A stretch of DNA of 64,000 bases from NCBI GenBank assembly GCA_030141605.1, contig JAQGDQ010000040.1, forward strand, positions 310,001 to 374,000. The letters run 5' to 3'. Position numbers and translations under genes: made by a program. Source of the stretch: Tubiluchus corallicola (Eukaryota; Animalia; Priapulida). Shown piece after piece: positions 1 through 14,075 of this stretch. Below the pieces are notes generated by a model. The model was not told the origin of the DNA. It was given only the letters and a program-made list of their open reading frames with translations, and ran no database searches. Each line of letters starts with the position of its first letter. Positions within the stretch are counted from its first letter, which is position 1.

Positions 1-633
1 AAAATTAAATGTTAATAATTGTCCCAACGGGCAATTCTAGATTTAATAATTAAAAATTTAGTAGAAATGCATGCCTCTACGTACTGAAAGAGTTAGTGAG
101 CACAGGTGCTGTATATCATTATTTTTAAGCTCACTTTTGTTTGTGTGTTTACGGTTTCTGATCAGAGGGCGGGAAGAAAACATCGCTCTGGTGAACAAGG
201 CTTTACAAATGTTTTTTTTCACCGCGCTTGTCATAACATACACGCAACTGGTAGTTATCGTGAGCGGATGTTCACTTTTCTGATTTTACTTTATTACTGA
301 TATTCGCGAGACAAGTTTATAGCAGCATTGCGTCATTAATCAGAGGCCAGATTCATCACACGTCACAGAGAAAGTTATTCGTTGATTCCCCGAAGCCAAA
401 CAAATTAGATACATGTATCTAACTCTTCTATTATGGTATTACCACAAATAATTATCAAAATGTACTTGGTTGAAAAATTAAGTTTTATTCACTTGCGTCT
501 GGTGAGCAACCTGATCAAGCTATAGTAGCTCATAATACTAAATGACGAAAACGTTGTCCTTGTAATTATATATCATTGCAAATTATATAAGGTAATCAGA
601 AATATGTATAATATGTATGACTAGCATCTAAAT

Positions 634-836
<203 letters not shown>

Positions 837-1199
837 GAGACAGCTGTTTCCACCAGAGCCTGAACATTGTGGTAAATTCATATTTATCTTGAATTGTTAT
901 AATAAATAACGTTTGTTTTCACTAATGCTGGTGTCTGTTATGAAGTGACAAATTCCTCATACACTTTTTGTACTGTTACCATCAATTATTTTACTTACTG
1001 CATGCCAGTTTTTGTGATAAATTTGATGGACTACATAGCATTTCAATGAATTACTACTACTATCCTGCCTCAATAGGTACTAGCAACTAGAAAGGTAATA
1101 AAAGCAATTATGGTATAAATGTGCTATTATCGCTAAGCAAAGTATGCTACGAGTCATCAAAAACCAATTTTTAAAAAGCTGTAACTCCGACAAAAGATA

Positions 1200-1467
1200 T
1201 GTAATTAAAATATAGATACAATAACCTTCTTTTAAATAAAAGGTTCATCACCAAAAATCCCTTTGGACTAGGTTAATTTACTGAACGTTCAGAAATTATT
1301 GTAAGCATTTTATCCCGCCAAGGCCTTCACTGTTTGCAATTGTTTGTAATTAAAATATAGATAATCCTTTTTTAGATTCAAAAGTTTATCACCAAAAACT
1401 TTTTTGGACTAGGTTAATTTATTGAATATTCAGAAATTTAGTGCAACCATTTCATCTCTAAGGCCTT
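1200..1467. repeat. Degenerate tandem duplication, unit ~125-145 bp
   Basis: tgtaattaaaatatagata...ggactaggttaattta...ttcagaaatt...aaggcctt occurs at ~1200-1328 and again at ~1345-1467. Confidence 0.8.
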
Positions 1468-3087
1468 ATCTGGTTACAAACACTAGTATAATATCTCTTT
1501 GCTGTGACAATACTTAATGAACTGGGATTGCAATCGACAGTAACATACTCTAAGAGGATGAGTTCTTGCCATTAAAGTGTTATAGTGAAGGGCAGAGTGA
1601 CAAGATAATGGAATTTAGATGCTATGGCGCATAAGTCATCCGGGAGAGATTTTAACCCTGTCGTTACGATTTTACTGTAATAATTTTGACGTGAAAAGTA
1701 CGACCACTGTTACAGAAAATGAACATTAAATCAAGAAAAGAAGGAAAAAGAAAAAGAGGAGGAAAAGAAAAAATTAAATATATTTTAACCTAAGGGTTAT
1801 TATTTTGTTGATTAGTGTCGTGTTAAGTCTATGTACACTTACCAATTCATTAAAGAACAAATAAATAATGTCCTTAATGACACTGTTTGGAAAATTTGGA
1901 AAAAGTGACTGAGGACAATTTAAAGTATTTCTGTCTTAAAAAAACAGTGACATGTAATCTTTCGATCTGATTATCTAAATAATTACGAAATTGTGTTTAG
2001 CTACAAACGTTAAAAAACGCCGAACCTGCTGAGTAAATGGAAGTTAGAAACATGCTTCTGGGTGTTAAATCTGACTCATTGTGTCCGCTATAACTGTCGC
2101 TTTTCTATACACATCTGAACGTAGCTAGACTCTCTTGCCGCTTGATCGTCTCGTCTTAGAGGTTCATTTTTGAAAATCTTTCAACATTAGTAGTAAGCCC
2201 TTCTACTGAGTGCTGAAATATGGCTTCCACTGTGTTGAACTGCATAAAATATATGATCGTCGACTTTTTAAGAGCACAAATTACACGTAGCTTCAACATT
2301 GAAAGCAATAATTTTAACGCAGATGCCTCATTAAATGATCAATTAATGTTCAAATGTAAACGTCGCTAATCGCTTTCATTCGATGTTAACCCGTGTGGAC
2401 ACAACTCTAAATCAATGATGGTACGTCGCCGTCTATATGTCATGTTCAATATTGTTCAGGAATATCTCCGAGCATTTATAGAGTATTTATACGTTGCATT
2501 TGTTTTGCCTGGCAAACATAGGCGCTGCACGCTAAAATGAGGTAGTGAAGATAAATGCTGCAGTTAAATACATGAAGATAAACGTCTGAGATAAATGCCA
2601 GCGCACAGTACGCTGGTCTAAAATGGCGGCAGTCGGTTACGATAGTCTAAATTGGTAATGAAAAAGTTGATTTTTTCGCGGAAACGCATTTCTGTCCAAG
2701 AATTGTTATTTTAATTACAAACTTTGATGCATCATTTCAGACCATATCACATTACTGATTTTTATCAGAGTGTAGCCTGCATAGTGCTGTGGTTTGCGGC
2801 AAAACTTGATTGTATTTCGTCCTAATTGGCTATCCTGCTTCCTTCGTCATCGTCATCATTATTATCATCAGCATTATCATCATCATCGTCATCATCACCA
2901 CCATCATCATAATCATGTTATCGTCTTGTTACTGTTATTTGCATACTACTATTTTACCTTTTTGGTAGCACGTATTGAGCTTTGACTACAAAACGAGTGA
3001 AATTATAGGTCTATTTATTGTAGCCTGTAGCAGTCGAACTTATAAGGTGATATCTTTTCATTTGCAGGTTCAGCAAAAATAATCGTA

Positions 3088-4026
3088 ATGACATCCGTAA
3101 CATTTGAGAAAGGGACACGAAGTCCCCAGACAGGAACGTCACCCACAGTTCCTCGTAAAAGAATGCTGAAGAGGGTAGCATCCCAACATGAGACGGACAT
3201 CGATTGGACAGCGGAGTTTGTCCTTGCTCACACGAAATATCGCCCTTCAATCGCCGTTGTCACCGGAACTGGCATGACGGCATTTTCGAAACTCCTGGAA
3301 GAATCAGAAGTCATTCACTATAAAGACATCCCCGGCTTTGCTAAGATCACAATGAAGGGCCACCAGGGTGAGCTGATTTTGGGGAAATACGCAGGCAAAG
3401 ACATTGCTTGCTTCGACGGACGCTTCCACGCCATGGAGGGCTATGACCCAACAGTTTGCGGTTTACCAATTCGAATTATGAAGCGCCTGGGCGTCAAGAT
3501 CTTCATTGCAACTGGTACCTGTGGTGCTCTAAATGAAACATACAATGTAGGCGACTTCATGATTGTAAAGGATCAGTTAAATTTTCCAGGTTTTGCAGGT
3601 GACAATCCAATGCGAGGCTACAAAGATGACAAGACTGGTAAACGGTTTGTCCCCATGAGCGATGCATATGACAAGGAGCTTCGTCAGCTGGCAAAAGATG
3701 TGGCATCCGAGCTGGGTTTTCGCGACATAACCCATGAAGGCATTTACTGTTTGATTCCAGGACCTACCTATGAAACCACAGCAGAGGCCCGGATGTTGAG
3801 AATGCTGGGTGGTGACATATGTGGACTGAGTATATGTCATGAGGTCATTGTAGCTCGCCATTGTGAAATGAGGGTGCTTGGTCTATGCTTGGTGACTAAC
3901 TCAATCAATCAGGAGTATGATTTTGCCATACCTATTACATACGATGAAATAGTAAGAACGGCTAGGTCACGAAAAGCAGACGTGAGGAACTTCCTTAGCG
4001 CCATCATCAGAAAGTTAGATGTTTAA
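3088..4026 (+). CDS. PNP: Purine nucleoside phosphorylase (trimeric, mammalian-type PNP family), 312 aa, CDS uninterrupted
   Basis: Motifs GHQGELILG, GRFHAMEGY, MSDAYD, GPTYET.AE, LVTN match PNP; candidate 3' splice site tcttttcatttgcag ending at 3067 suggests a 5'UTR intron. Confidence 0.93.
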   Translation: MTSVTFEKGTRSPQTGTSPTVPRKRMLKRVASQHETDIDWTAEFVLAHTKYRPSIAVVTGTGMTAFSKLLEESEVIHYKDIPGFAKITMKGHQGELILGKYAGKDIACFDGRFHAMEGYDPTVCGLPIRIMKRLGVKIFIATGTCGALNETYNVGDFMIVKDQLNFPGFAGDNPMRGYKDDKTGKRFVPMSDAYDKELRQLAKDVASELGFRDITHEGIYCLIPGPTYETTAEARMLRMLGGDICGLSICHEVIVARHCEMRVLGLCLVTNSINQEYDFAIPITYDEIVRTARSRKADVRNFLSAIIRKLDV

Positions 4027-6498
4027 ACTACCATTTTTTATAATTTTCGGTGCCGCTAGGCTCTTTTAATTTTAAAGAAAACAAACGCTTTCTTCCCGTC
4101 ATTTATTTTTCGCTTCTTTTTTAAGAGGAAGCTGAGCATAATACACTTTTAATAAAGAACTAAAATGAACTTAGCTCATTTTACTCCCTGCAATTCATGA
4201 TTCACGTTACGTTGTTAAGGAATGACTAATGGCTTGATTTTGGGAAAAGAACCATAGTTTTTTTTAGACCTTTCAGTTATGTAGTACATATTTCTCATGG
4301 AGTTTTTTGATTCTGGTTTGGTTATTTTTCATACTTAAACCCCACCTTTATTAAACCTTTTCCAAAGTTAGATTTTACATAATTTTTATCCATCTTGCCC
4401 TCAGAATTTCTAATATCCTGTCTTAGATAAGGTCCATACAGACCGAGTTCACTTGTTTTGTCATCAGCGAACGACAATATAATAATAATTGCGGCACTGT
4501 TTTACTGGTATACTACTGAAACGTAATAAAGCATTTTAAATGTGAGCTCTTGCTTCGGGACATGGTGTGAATGCAGGTTAACGTAAGTGGACAAATCATA
4601 CCTCTTGCAGTTATTGTTGTCGTGGAGAAACCACAATGAAGCTCAGTTAAAATTCGCTCAAATTAGTTTGCTGATCGCACAGTTAAGTGTTTATCCGTTT
4701 CCAAATTGGTGTTTATTGATGTGTTAACCCAACAACTGTTGTGCACAAAACCATACTTTATTGAACAATTTATGTTTGCATTCCCAAGGAATGGGAAAAG
4801 TCCGAAATTAAAAGTGCTCAACCTCGCAAAGAAGATGTAAATTAATTTCAGTAATCAAATTTCGAATAATCTGCCTTACTAAAGTATGGCGCTATTAGCA
4901 AATTTAAATTGTCACTGATTATAATGTAAAATAAATCGCAATCGTTTTCTCCGGAAAATGAGAAATATTAAAGCAGTTTATTTTGATTGCCTGTTATTTA
5001 CTGTGAGCACACGCATGTTAATCGTATATTATTTCTTAAAAGCGTTATTATTGGCTTTAGGACCTTTACCATTTGTTGCAAAATGCATTTTCTATGTTTT
5101 CCATTAATCAATTTTCTTCATTAAACTTAACGATGTTTTTCGGCTTTTGTAATACATTTATGTTTCGTACATAACGACATACATTGTAGCATAAGTGTAG
5201 TGTTTATTTTCGCTGCGTAGACCAACCTATAGAAGCATAATAATAATAAGTACTACTCGCTATAACAATTGTAAATGAATGTACATATGTAAACTATCAC
5301 CAGTTTAAGCTAATCACAATTGCCCTTGCCTAAGCCTAGGTAGCGCCTGGTTTTTGTCACACACAGCAGGACAGGCCCATATTTGCACAAAAGATAACTT
5401 GTAAGTAGTCTGTAAGTAGTAGAACGCATAAAGTCGTCGTTGTTCTTCACTTTGTAAAGTATCAAAAGTATAAATGTATGTTACAACGCAATACCTAAGT
5501 ATGCAACACGCAATAAAAGTAATTATTATTATTGTTCTTCGATGTGCGTTACATTTAGAATTATAACTATTTCGTTTTATTTTTAATGCTCTGTTGTCTC
5601 GTTTGTTATTATCTGAAAAAAATCTGCAAAATAAAAAGATGATAAAAAAACTCTTGTTGTATTTCTGTACTTGTCTTAGTTCTACAGCGGAGTAGTGCTT
5701 TGCAGAAACGATATCTGCGACCTTTTGACGAAATAAAATTTATACGTACACAAATTATGCAGCTTCATAATTGCACTATATTTACTTTAACACAGTCATA
5801 AACCTAGGTTCCGCTAAAACTAAGAATAATACTTATTTGATCGAATGAATGCAATTATCTTATTATTATTTCTGCAGGTTTTTTTCTTGTCATCAGCTAC
5901 ATGGCCAATTCTTCAAGTAACAAGAATTCTCTTTAATTAATTACACCATATTCCGCCGAGTTGTTGTTGTTTCAAAGTTGCCGAATGTCAGTTTGGGTCC
6001 TAGAAAAAAAACGGTGATTCCTCCACTCACTCTGTCTGACACACTTTTTCAAACTCCAAAATTATTTATTTAATTAAATTGGAGTTGGTAGGATGATTAC
6101 TTAGGATGTCTTTGGCTCAAAACCAAACAGTTTGTAGCAGTCTATCGATAAATAGTAAATTATTATTTTTGCGAGATTTTCTGTTGGTTTTGTTTTTTAT
6201 ATTCGTGAATAAACTGATTGATTTATAATGGAAATCTGTTTCACATCAGGATTAAAAAACATTTGTATCCACATTAGAATAACATGGTAAAATATGAAAA
6301 TGAGTGCATGCTTAAAGAAATCTAACTACGTCTGGTTAACAAGTTTTTTGGCTTGTAAGGAACAGCCTGATTTTAATTTCTGATAGATCCTTATGGACTC
6401 ATGACCATTAACGTAAGACAGTGTCAAATTTGAACACTGAAAGCCTAAGCCTGTGTCGTATTAAGATTCTGCATCATTATGTTGTATATTATTCTAGA

Positions 6499-6890
6499 AT
6501 AAGCCTTTCACAGTTCCGACGATTGATGATGATAGTAAAAAGGTCAAAGGTTAAGTGTAATAGATAACGCATTTGTGTACACTTGACAACACCTCGCAGT
6601 CCATGCTGTTATAGTAGTAACAGTTTTAGCAGCTAGCTAGAATCTTATCTAGTTCATTTTTTCTTGTCTCCAAGCAAGATCCTGCTAGTAAATCACTCTA
6701 CGCAAAGGCTAATGTATAATTTAGTAAAGTCCAGATAAAATAACTGAAGTTACTGAATTGATGCGGCAGATGGCTTTGCTTTACCCATATGTCACGTGAC
6801 GGTAGTAGTTAAGATGCGCTGCTATGACACACTTGACCTTTGACCTACAGCAACTGCGCGTGCTCACAACGAAGCTGTGAAAAGGCTTTT
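6499..6890. mobile_element. Non-autonomous TIR element (MITE-like)
   Basis: Ends aagcctttcacagttccg / cgaagctgtgaaaaggctt are imperfect inverted repeats; internal aggtcaaaggttaagtgt / acacttgacctttgacct also inverted. Confidence 0.55.
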
Positions 6891-9800
6891 TAACAGTTCT
6901 TTTTTCCATTGGTTTTGCAGCATCGTAGTTTTAATGTTTCGTTGTAAAGCACGGTTTGTTGTTTAAAAGTCATTTAGCAGTTGCTAAAGTAAAATCATTA
7001 AATAAGTTTTATTAAACAAACACATTTTGTTACAACTGTTACATTTATCAAACTACTGAACTGCAAACGAGTTTACAATCAGGCAATACTAAACAACAGT
7101 TAACTACGGTTTATGCAGAATTTTAGTTAGTGACTTATCAGTAGCTGGGGCTGCTTGCAGTTGTGTAGGCCCATATATAGCCTTGATGAAGAAAGCCATG
7201 CTGTGATGGATTGCTGAATTGCTGATGGCGTGCCTACTTGGATTTTTTCTGGATTGTTGAGAATTCTAAATTGTTAAAATGTTCTTTATAAAAGGTACAA
7301 CGTTAATCGTTATCGATGACAACGACATTTGAAGTGATTATCACTTAAATGACAATAAACGTGAAAGTCTGTTATATATCTATTTAACAGGACCGGCCAG
7401 TAAAGATTTAGGCGTAGGTCTAACTTCACTAACATGCTAAATCGCTTGCACATCAGCACATCGTTTCATGTAAGTCGGTGGCGCCATCTACTTAGTAGTC
7501 GATGTAAACCTGCAACTGCGTGTTAGTGTATGCTAAATTGCTGACAAAGTAATGTTATTGGTCGGTCAGAGACAAAGTAATGTTATTGGTCGGTCAGAGA
7601 CAAAGTTTCGCCTTCTTATTGTTATCAAAACAAGGGTTGCTCAACTCGACTGTTAACAGTGGTTTATATTAATCAGTACTGGTAAATGCACCAGATTGTG
7701 CGGGACCGTGTGATTAATTAAATATTTTCCCTTAAAGTTCATGAACTGCTTCGCACAGTACGCGTATCTGTATTTACATATAAAGAGAATTCATAAACGA
7801 TTATAAATGTCCTTAAATAACAGCCCAACGTTTCTGTATCTGGTGAATGCTAGCAAAGCGCACGACTGCGTTAATCACCATTATATTGTCCCATAAGCTT
7901 AAAGATGCTGGTATTTCATCTCCATTTAATTTTCTTAACATTCTAGTACTCTAAGCAGCATTCTCGGACACAGTAGAGTACATTTCTGAGTACTTTTCAA
8001 TTAGTAATTGAATTCGTCAAGGGACGTGTACTGCACCCTTCTGTTTCTTTGCATACTAATAATTTGCCAAATTTTTGTCGTTTGAAACAAATAATATGCA
8101 ATTCGCTGAAAATTTGTGTTCAGCTTTCGCTTTTGCAAAGTTGTTCAGCATTTCAACAAAGCCAACATTAGAAATTCGTCAGCGCCAGTGCAGTAATGAT
8201 TAAATTTATATTTATTTCACGCAACAAGGGCGCATCACCTTAATAATTGATGGTTTTGCAATTTCAAAGGAAAGATGTAATCAACAGAAATAAAAGCATA
8301 ACCATGAAAGACGCAAATGTATGAAAAGAGTAAGTGTTAGTCCTGCCTTAATTTTGTTCATACGTACAGGTCTAATCCCACTGCGCATCAACTATAGCTT
8401 ATAAAAATTTAAAATCTGAAGTTTCATCTCCAAATAATAACAACAATAATGAGCCTTCGTATTTCGATTCTTCCGCTTAAACTGGGATCGGTTATGTCGT
8501 TATGATATTCACCTCACTATTAATAATGATGTCGATAAGTTAGTGACGGCTTTGTGAAACCGGGCCTTGCTATTTAGGTGTGCGTTTAGTGATCTGCAAA
8601 GAGGTAAAGTTTCATTAGGAACAAACTTACGATTACGATTACGATTTCGACGTAAACGTGGAAGCCATGAAATGTGAAAAGTTTGGCACCAAAATTTAAT
8701 TAATTTGGATGTTTGTTCCATCATAGGTTGATACTGTAGGAAAAAGAAAATTTAAAGTATTATGTAAAAATTAAAAGCACTTTGAAATTTTATTTGAAAA
8801 ATCAGTAAGCTTGAAATACTTGTACACCATGGAAATTAAAAATGAATAAAGGGCAATAACGTATTCGACTCCAAAGTATTCGTCGAATCCAAAGTAAAAA
8901 AACCGAACGCTCAGCAATTACTACGTCTAACAGTAACTGATATAAGTATTAGTACATTCACTGCGGCCTACCGACTTGTTGATTTTTTTCAGCAATAAGT
9001 ATGGGTTTTATAACAAAAACAATATGGTCTGCTGTAATTTCTGTGGCGGTCATATTTATTAACTCTCTAAATCTTATTTTGGCCTTTGCTATATTATACT
9101 ATATAAATATTTTCCGTGAGTACACATAAGAAAGTGCCATGACCTGGTCCTCTTATCATAGAACTAGTATCATTGTCACCGCTTGCAACAAAACAAATAA
9201 TTTACGTTTATAAGGTATTTGGGAGCAAAATTTAACTAGGACTTTTCTCCATGTGTTGGGTGCTAGCTGCAAAGCACCTGGCGAATTTAACAGATACAGA
9301 TACTTGAAGTTGTGAAACATGGATTTGTTTACCGGCTTCCTATTCAGAAAACTGCTGCCCTCCGAAATTGTAATTATTAATGATTTCGCAGCACTACTCC
9401 GCATCAGCCACAATCTCTGCCAGTTCTTGTCGCTAGACCGAATCTCTCACAGATTTCTCTTTTTCATTTGTCCTTCACGACCTCATCTAAATAACAAAAA
9501 GGAGAGTATGTAACTCGCTAGATGAATTCGCTGGCGCAAATTATTAAATACTTCCACGCTTTTTGCGTAAATGAAAATTGTCGCTCAGTACTCCCCCACC
9601 GGTAATAGTCGCTGACAGAATTTATAGGAGAAGTGCTAAGTGTTGATCTAAACGATGGCTTCAGTTTTTTTGCACATGCAGTCCAGGATCATGCCTAATT
9701 AGCTTCTATTTAAGAAGCACTAAAATTAGAAATTCAAACATCTTTTACGGAAGTGTTCGTACAGTGTTCTACACTTTAAGTTACCACGATACGATAAACT

Positions 9801-10855
9801 CACATGTTACTTTCATTATATATAAATTAATCTTTTGTCCGTGTACCAGACTACTAAGTATTTTGCAGTGTTTTATATTATCTACTTTCTGCTTAAAACT
9901 GCACAGCATTAAAACTGCTATGTAGCATACTTATAAAGGAAGAAGTTGTTCTATAAAAAATATATTACCTCTTTTGTCCTAGTTCCTTCTTCTTCTTCTT
10001 CGCACATAATTTAGTAAACCAATAAAATGACCTAAGGAAAAGTATTTATATTTTATTAAATGATGTGAACTATTGCAAATCCTAGATAGACATGAACATG
10101 ACGGTATCATAGTATTTACCTACTGGAAGAAAATTATGGTCTGCATATCGATACAGTAAATGGCACTAATGGGTAGTAAAATTGTACTTATTTTCATGAC
10201 TTGTGCTAAATTTGTGCTACACGATGTGAATAAAGTAGGTTAATGTAAATACAATTTGGATATTAAATAACGCTGTGCCAAAATAGAAACTTACAAAAGA
10301 ATGCACAGACGAAGAAATGAATAAACGAACGAACGAACAAACAAATAAACAAACACACATACAAACAAAACAAAACAAAACAAACAGACAAACGAACAAG
10401 CTCAAGCAAACACTCTGAAGTAAACAAGCAAGCAAGCAAACAAAAATAAACAAACCTCAGATGATTTGAAATTGGAATTTTTTACAACTAGAATTATTAT
10501 AACCCTGAGTCGCCGAACATTTGGGTTACCTATATCTGCTTATTAAGTACAACGAATCTGCAAAACGTGCAGAATAACATTTATAATGTAAATTATTGAT
10601 TTTTGGAACGTCCGTTCACATGAAACGTTCAGTCAAGAAATATCATGCATGGACCATATGTACATTACAAACAGTGGAATTTTAATGCAGGCGAAAACGG
10701 AAAAAATGAGTCTTATTTAATATATTTGTTTTTCATGAAAATTGAATTGTATCAAGAGTTCAAGCGTCAAATTTTACTGGCAGTGATATCACATAACTAA
10801 GCTGTAAAATGAAATATCTAAGTCCAATCATAATAAATAGCAATTTAAAATAGGT

Positions 10856-12715
10856 TTATGTAAGTATCTTACTAATCACGAACAGCTTGAAAAGAATTCT
10901 CCTCTTTTCTGGATTAACTAGCAAGAAAAATGCATCTCTGTCAGACAGGCGTTTAACTACTTCTGGCAGGATACATTGCAGTCTCGTCATAGTCTTTCCA
11001 GAAGACTTCTTCTTAGCCTGCGCCAATAGAGACTTTGGCAGGACGTACGCATACACATCCTCCAAGTCATTGACAAGATCCGTCAAAAGCTGATGCATCG
11101 GATGCGACAGATTCTCAGCTTCTCGACTACAAGCGATGGAAACTCGAATGTGCTCTTCTATTAATATCACTGGGGCAAACGTCACTGACATTGTCGACAC
11201 CGCATGCAATATTCTGTGACCTTGGAAAAGTGTCCAGATGTATTTTTCTGTTTGTGGTGTGAATCCTTCAAGTCCATGGCGTATCATGCATGGCCACATA
11301 GATCTTCTGTGACACAAACGACGGCGAAATGCCACGTAGCTAATGGAGGCTACGGATACGATTGCAAAAGCGACGAAAATAAACATAATCGCGTGGAGAA
11401 TATGATGATTGTGATGCCAATCAGAAAACCAGGGAGGACTGTCTAAATGAAGATTATCTTCAAGCCAATCTGGAGCATGCGAGCTATCTTTGAATTTGTA
11501 ATAGTTTATTATTACTCCAGACAACGTGAGTGATACTAAACAAGCATAACAGAAAAATGTATAGCAGTTGACTAGACAAATTCTGTGAGGTCTTACGATT
11601 AGAACAACTACTGCCACGAGAAAGAAAACTGATGTTATTATAGTAATTTGAGGAAACAAATGGTTTAACATACTTCCATAAATGACTAGTATAAATAGTT
11701 TTAACCAATAAACCATGCTTCTGGAATACGCCGCACGCCTTTTGTAAGAGGAGAAAAGCCAAAATTTTCCAATGTTCCACGTCCAGTTGATATCCAACAC
11801 GTATTCAATTTCGATAAGTTGAAGGTAAGCTTCGTGTTGTTCCTGATCACTAGTTATCAGTTGGATAGAAATTCTGTTAACCACCCAGGCAGGTAAAAGA
11901 ACAAACATGGCGACGGTAAGCAGTAATAGTGGACCTAGAAAAATAAAATGGTGCCAGCTGTAACAGACGTGTTCATTGTGAGTATCAACCATGTTGTCAT
12001 TGTTGCATTGCATAAATTTAAACACCGCCGTACCAAAAGGCAATGCAATAACTTCAGTGATTCGCATTATGTATTGCTGCGTATGAGATAACGGAACGCT
12101 TATAAAAGGATGTCCTTTCGTCTTTAGCACAACGTAAACCACACCGTACACAAGTAAAATGGTTATTGGCACAAGTGACCATACTAAAAGAATCCATAAA
12201 TAATCTATTGGCACGGACGAACTGGAAAGGAAATATGGAAATGCGTTTGCCTCGCTGCTGTTGACACTTCCAATTTTAAGAAATTCCCAAATGTCCAAGT
12301 TAAATAGCAATAAATAGCGCATACTGTACAGCCATGCAGCTGGCCATGACCAGTGAATGGCCAGCGCTTGAATAATGGCGAAGAATTGTAAAGTCTCGAG
12401 CAAGATAATGAACAAATCACTAAATATTAAAGAGACTGAATTTTCGGAAGTATCGTCCAGGTGCTCGACATTGAATATACTGTTAGATGAATCAGGAAAA
12501 TCGTATTTATCCACACTGATTTCAGAATCGAACAATTGATTTTGATGTCGTCCATGCTGCGTGTATCGCGGTAAATCAGAACTAGTAATAGGAAGTAAAT
12601 CATTGCCTTCGATGGTGCTGTTGTGGTCTCTATCTGTTGCTGTACTTGAAACGCGCTGCACAAAATCAGTGTTCACTGGGAGCAATGGCAAATATTCTCT
12701 TTTTAACGTTGCCAT
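10856..12715 (-). CDS. Uncharacterised multi-pass membrane protein (619-aa ORF; roughly 8-10 hydrophobic segments)
   Basis: 1.86-kb ORF from ATG, acidic/Ser-rich N-tail, multiple TM stretches, Cys pair in loop FMQC...HVCY; the last codons overlap a GTAAGA donor so the true C-terminus may be spliced. Confidence 0.85.
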   Translation of the reverse strand: MATLKREYLPLLPVNTDFVQRVSSTATDRDHNSTIEGNDLLPITSSDLPRYTQHGRHQNQLFDSEISVDKYDFPDSSNSIFNVEHLDDTSENSVSLIFSDLFIILLETLQFFAIIQALAIHWSWPAAWLYSMRYLLLFNLDIWEFLKIGSVNSSEANAFPYFLSSSSVPIDYLWILLVWSLVPITILLVYGVVYVVLKTKGHPFISVPLSHTQQYIMRITEVIALPFGTAVFKFMQCNNDNMVDTHNEHVCYSWHHFIFLGPLLLLTVAMFVLLPAWVVNRISIQLITSDQEQHEAYLQLIEIEYVLDINWTWNIGKFWLFSSYKRRAAYSRSMVYWLKLFILVIYGSMLNHLFPQITIITSVFFLVAVVVLIVRPHRICLVNCYTFFCYACLVSLTLSGVIINYYKFKDSSHAPDWLEDNLHLDSPPWFSDWHHNHHILHAIMFIFVAFAIVSVASISYVAFRRRLCHRRSMWPCMIRHGLEGFTPQTEKYIWTLFQGHRILHAVSTMSVTFAPVILIEEHIRVSIACSREAENLSHPMHQLLTDLVNDLEDVYAYVLPKSLLAQAKKKSSGKTMTRLQCILPEVVKRLSDRDAFFLLVNPEKRRILFKLFVISKILT

Positions 12716-14075
12716 TTTGCCACAAAATTTCTATTTTACATCGTCATTATAAACTTACAAATCTGACCAATAAACACGAATACGACAACATCACTAGGGC
12801 ATCATAAAAGTTATACAAATGTATAATTTAATAGAACTTGAACGTTATAAAATTTCTGATTTTATAACTCAGGTGAGTCATGCAGTTTAAATATGGCTGT
12901 AGGGTTAACGACAATAACTTACAAAGAAAACACTACTGTACGCCATACACACTTTTTTGATCATACAGATAGGTATATACTCGATATTCTCCTTGGTTAC
13001 TATGATATTTTATTAGTACGTCTAAATGACAACGAGTTACCGTAGTGTACTTTGCACTAGAATCTACTAAGTTTGATAGTTATGACAAATGATGATGCAT
13101 AGATAAGGTGCAGAGTTCATGTATAATTCAGTGCGAATAAGTTACCATATTAAACGGAAATGATGAATTTGAAACAGGAAGCGTCTAGAAGGAGCTGCAA
13201 AACTATACCACATTCCATGTCTACGTTTTTAATGCATTTTATTGCGATACAATGTCATGTTACACAAAAAGGTTTAGGACTATAGGACTAGGTTAAGAAA
13301 GAAAAAAGAACAAAAGAATGACAAAAAATGTAAAAAGTCAAACAGAAAAAAGAAAACAAAAAGTTTAAGTAATGCTTACATCAAGGTCACAAATCAAAGC
13401 AAATTACACCGTCTTGCTGCTGTAATTTTCAGTAAAGTTTAAAACACAATCACTTGATCAGTTCTTTCTATCAGGTTTTTGAAGGAACTTCCCACAATTT
13501 CCTCATGGACAATTACTGCGAAGCTTTTAAAAGGGAAATAAAAACTAAGATGAGCTTTTAAAGTAATGTTCGCTGTTGAGATAAAAAGATGAAATTGTAG
13601 AACCTTTTAGTGAAATTACTTGTTAATGAGCAGCTCCAAAAGATTGCATCTAGTGTCACAGATGCTCTTATTTCAACTCACAAAGCTCATGAGATTTGCG
13701 TCACGGTTTCTGAAAATTGAAACACGATATTTTCCTTCTGGGGTGAGTTTACAAATTGGAAAGAAAGAAGTTCGCAATAGCTTGCTGTTTATAAAGTAAT
13801 AATCAATAATTTTAAACAATTGGTAGTCACTAAATATAACATGAATAAATTCGTATTTATTCTGTCCAATTTTGATTTTAAATGTAAAACATTAAAATAT
13901 CGCCAAATTAGAATTAAGTTTTGGGTCAACAGGTCAAGAGCTTTTTAAAGACTGAGTATATTAACCTAAACTTACATAACAGTGATTATTGCATTATCGT
14001 ATGTTACTTGCATTTGAAGTATATTCAGTATTTAAAATAGGTGTTGGAAATCCCCGAGATAGCAACCAAAAGACT

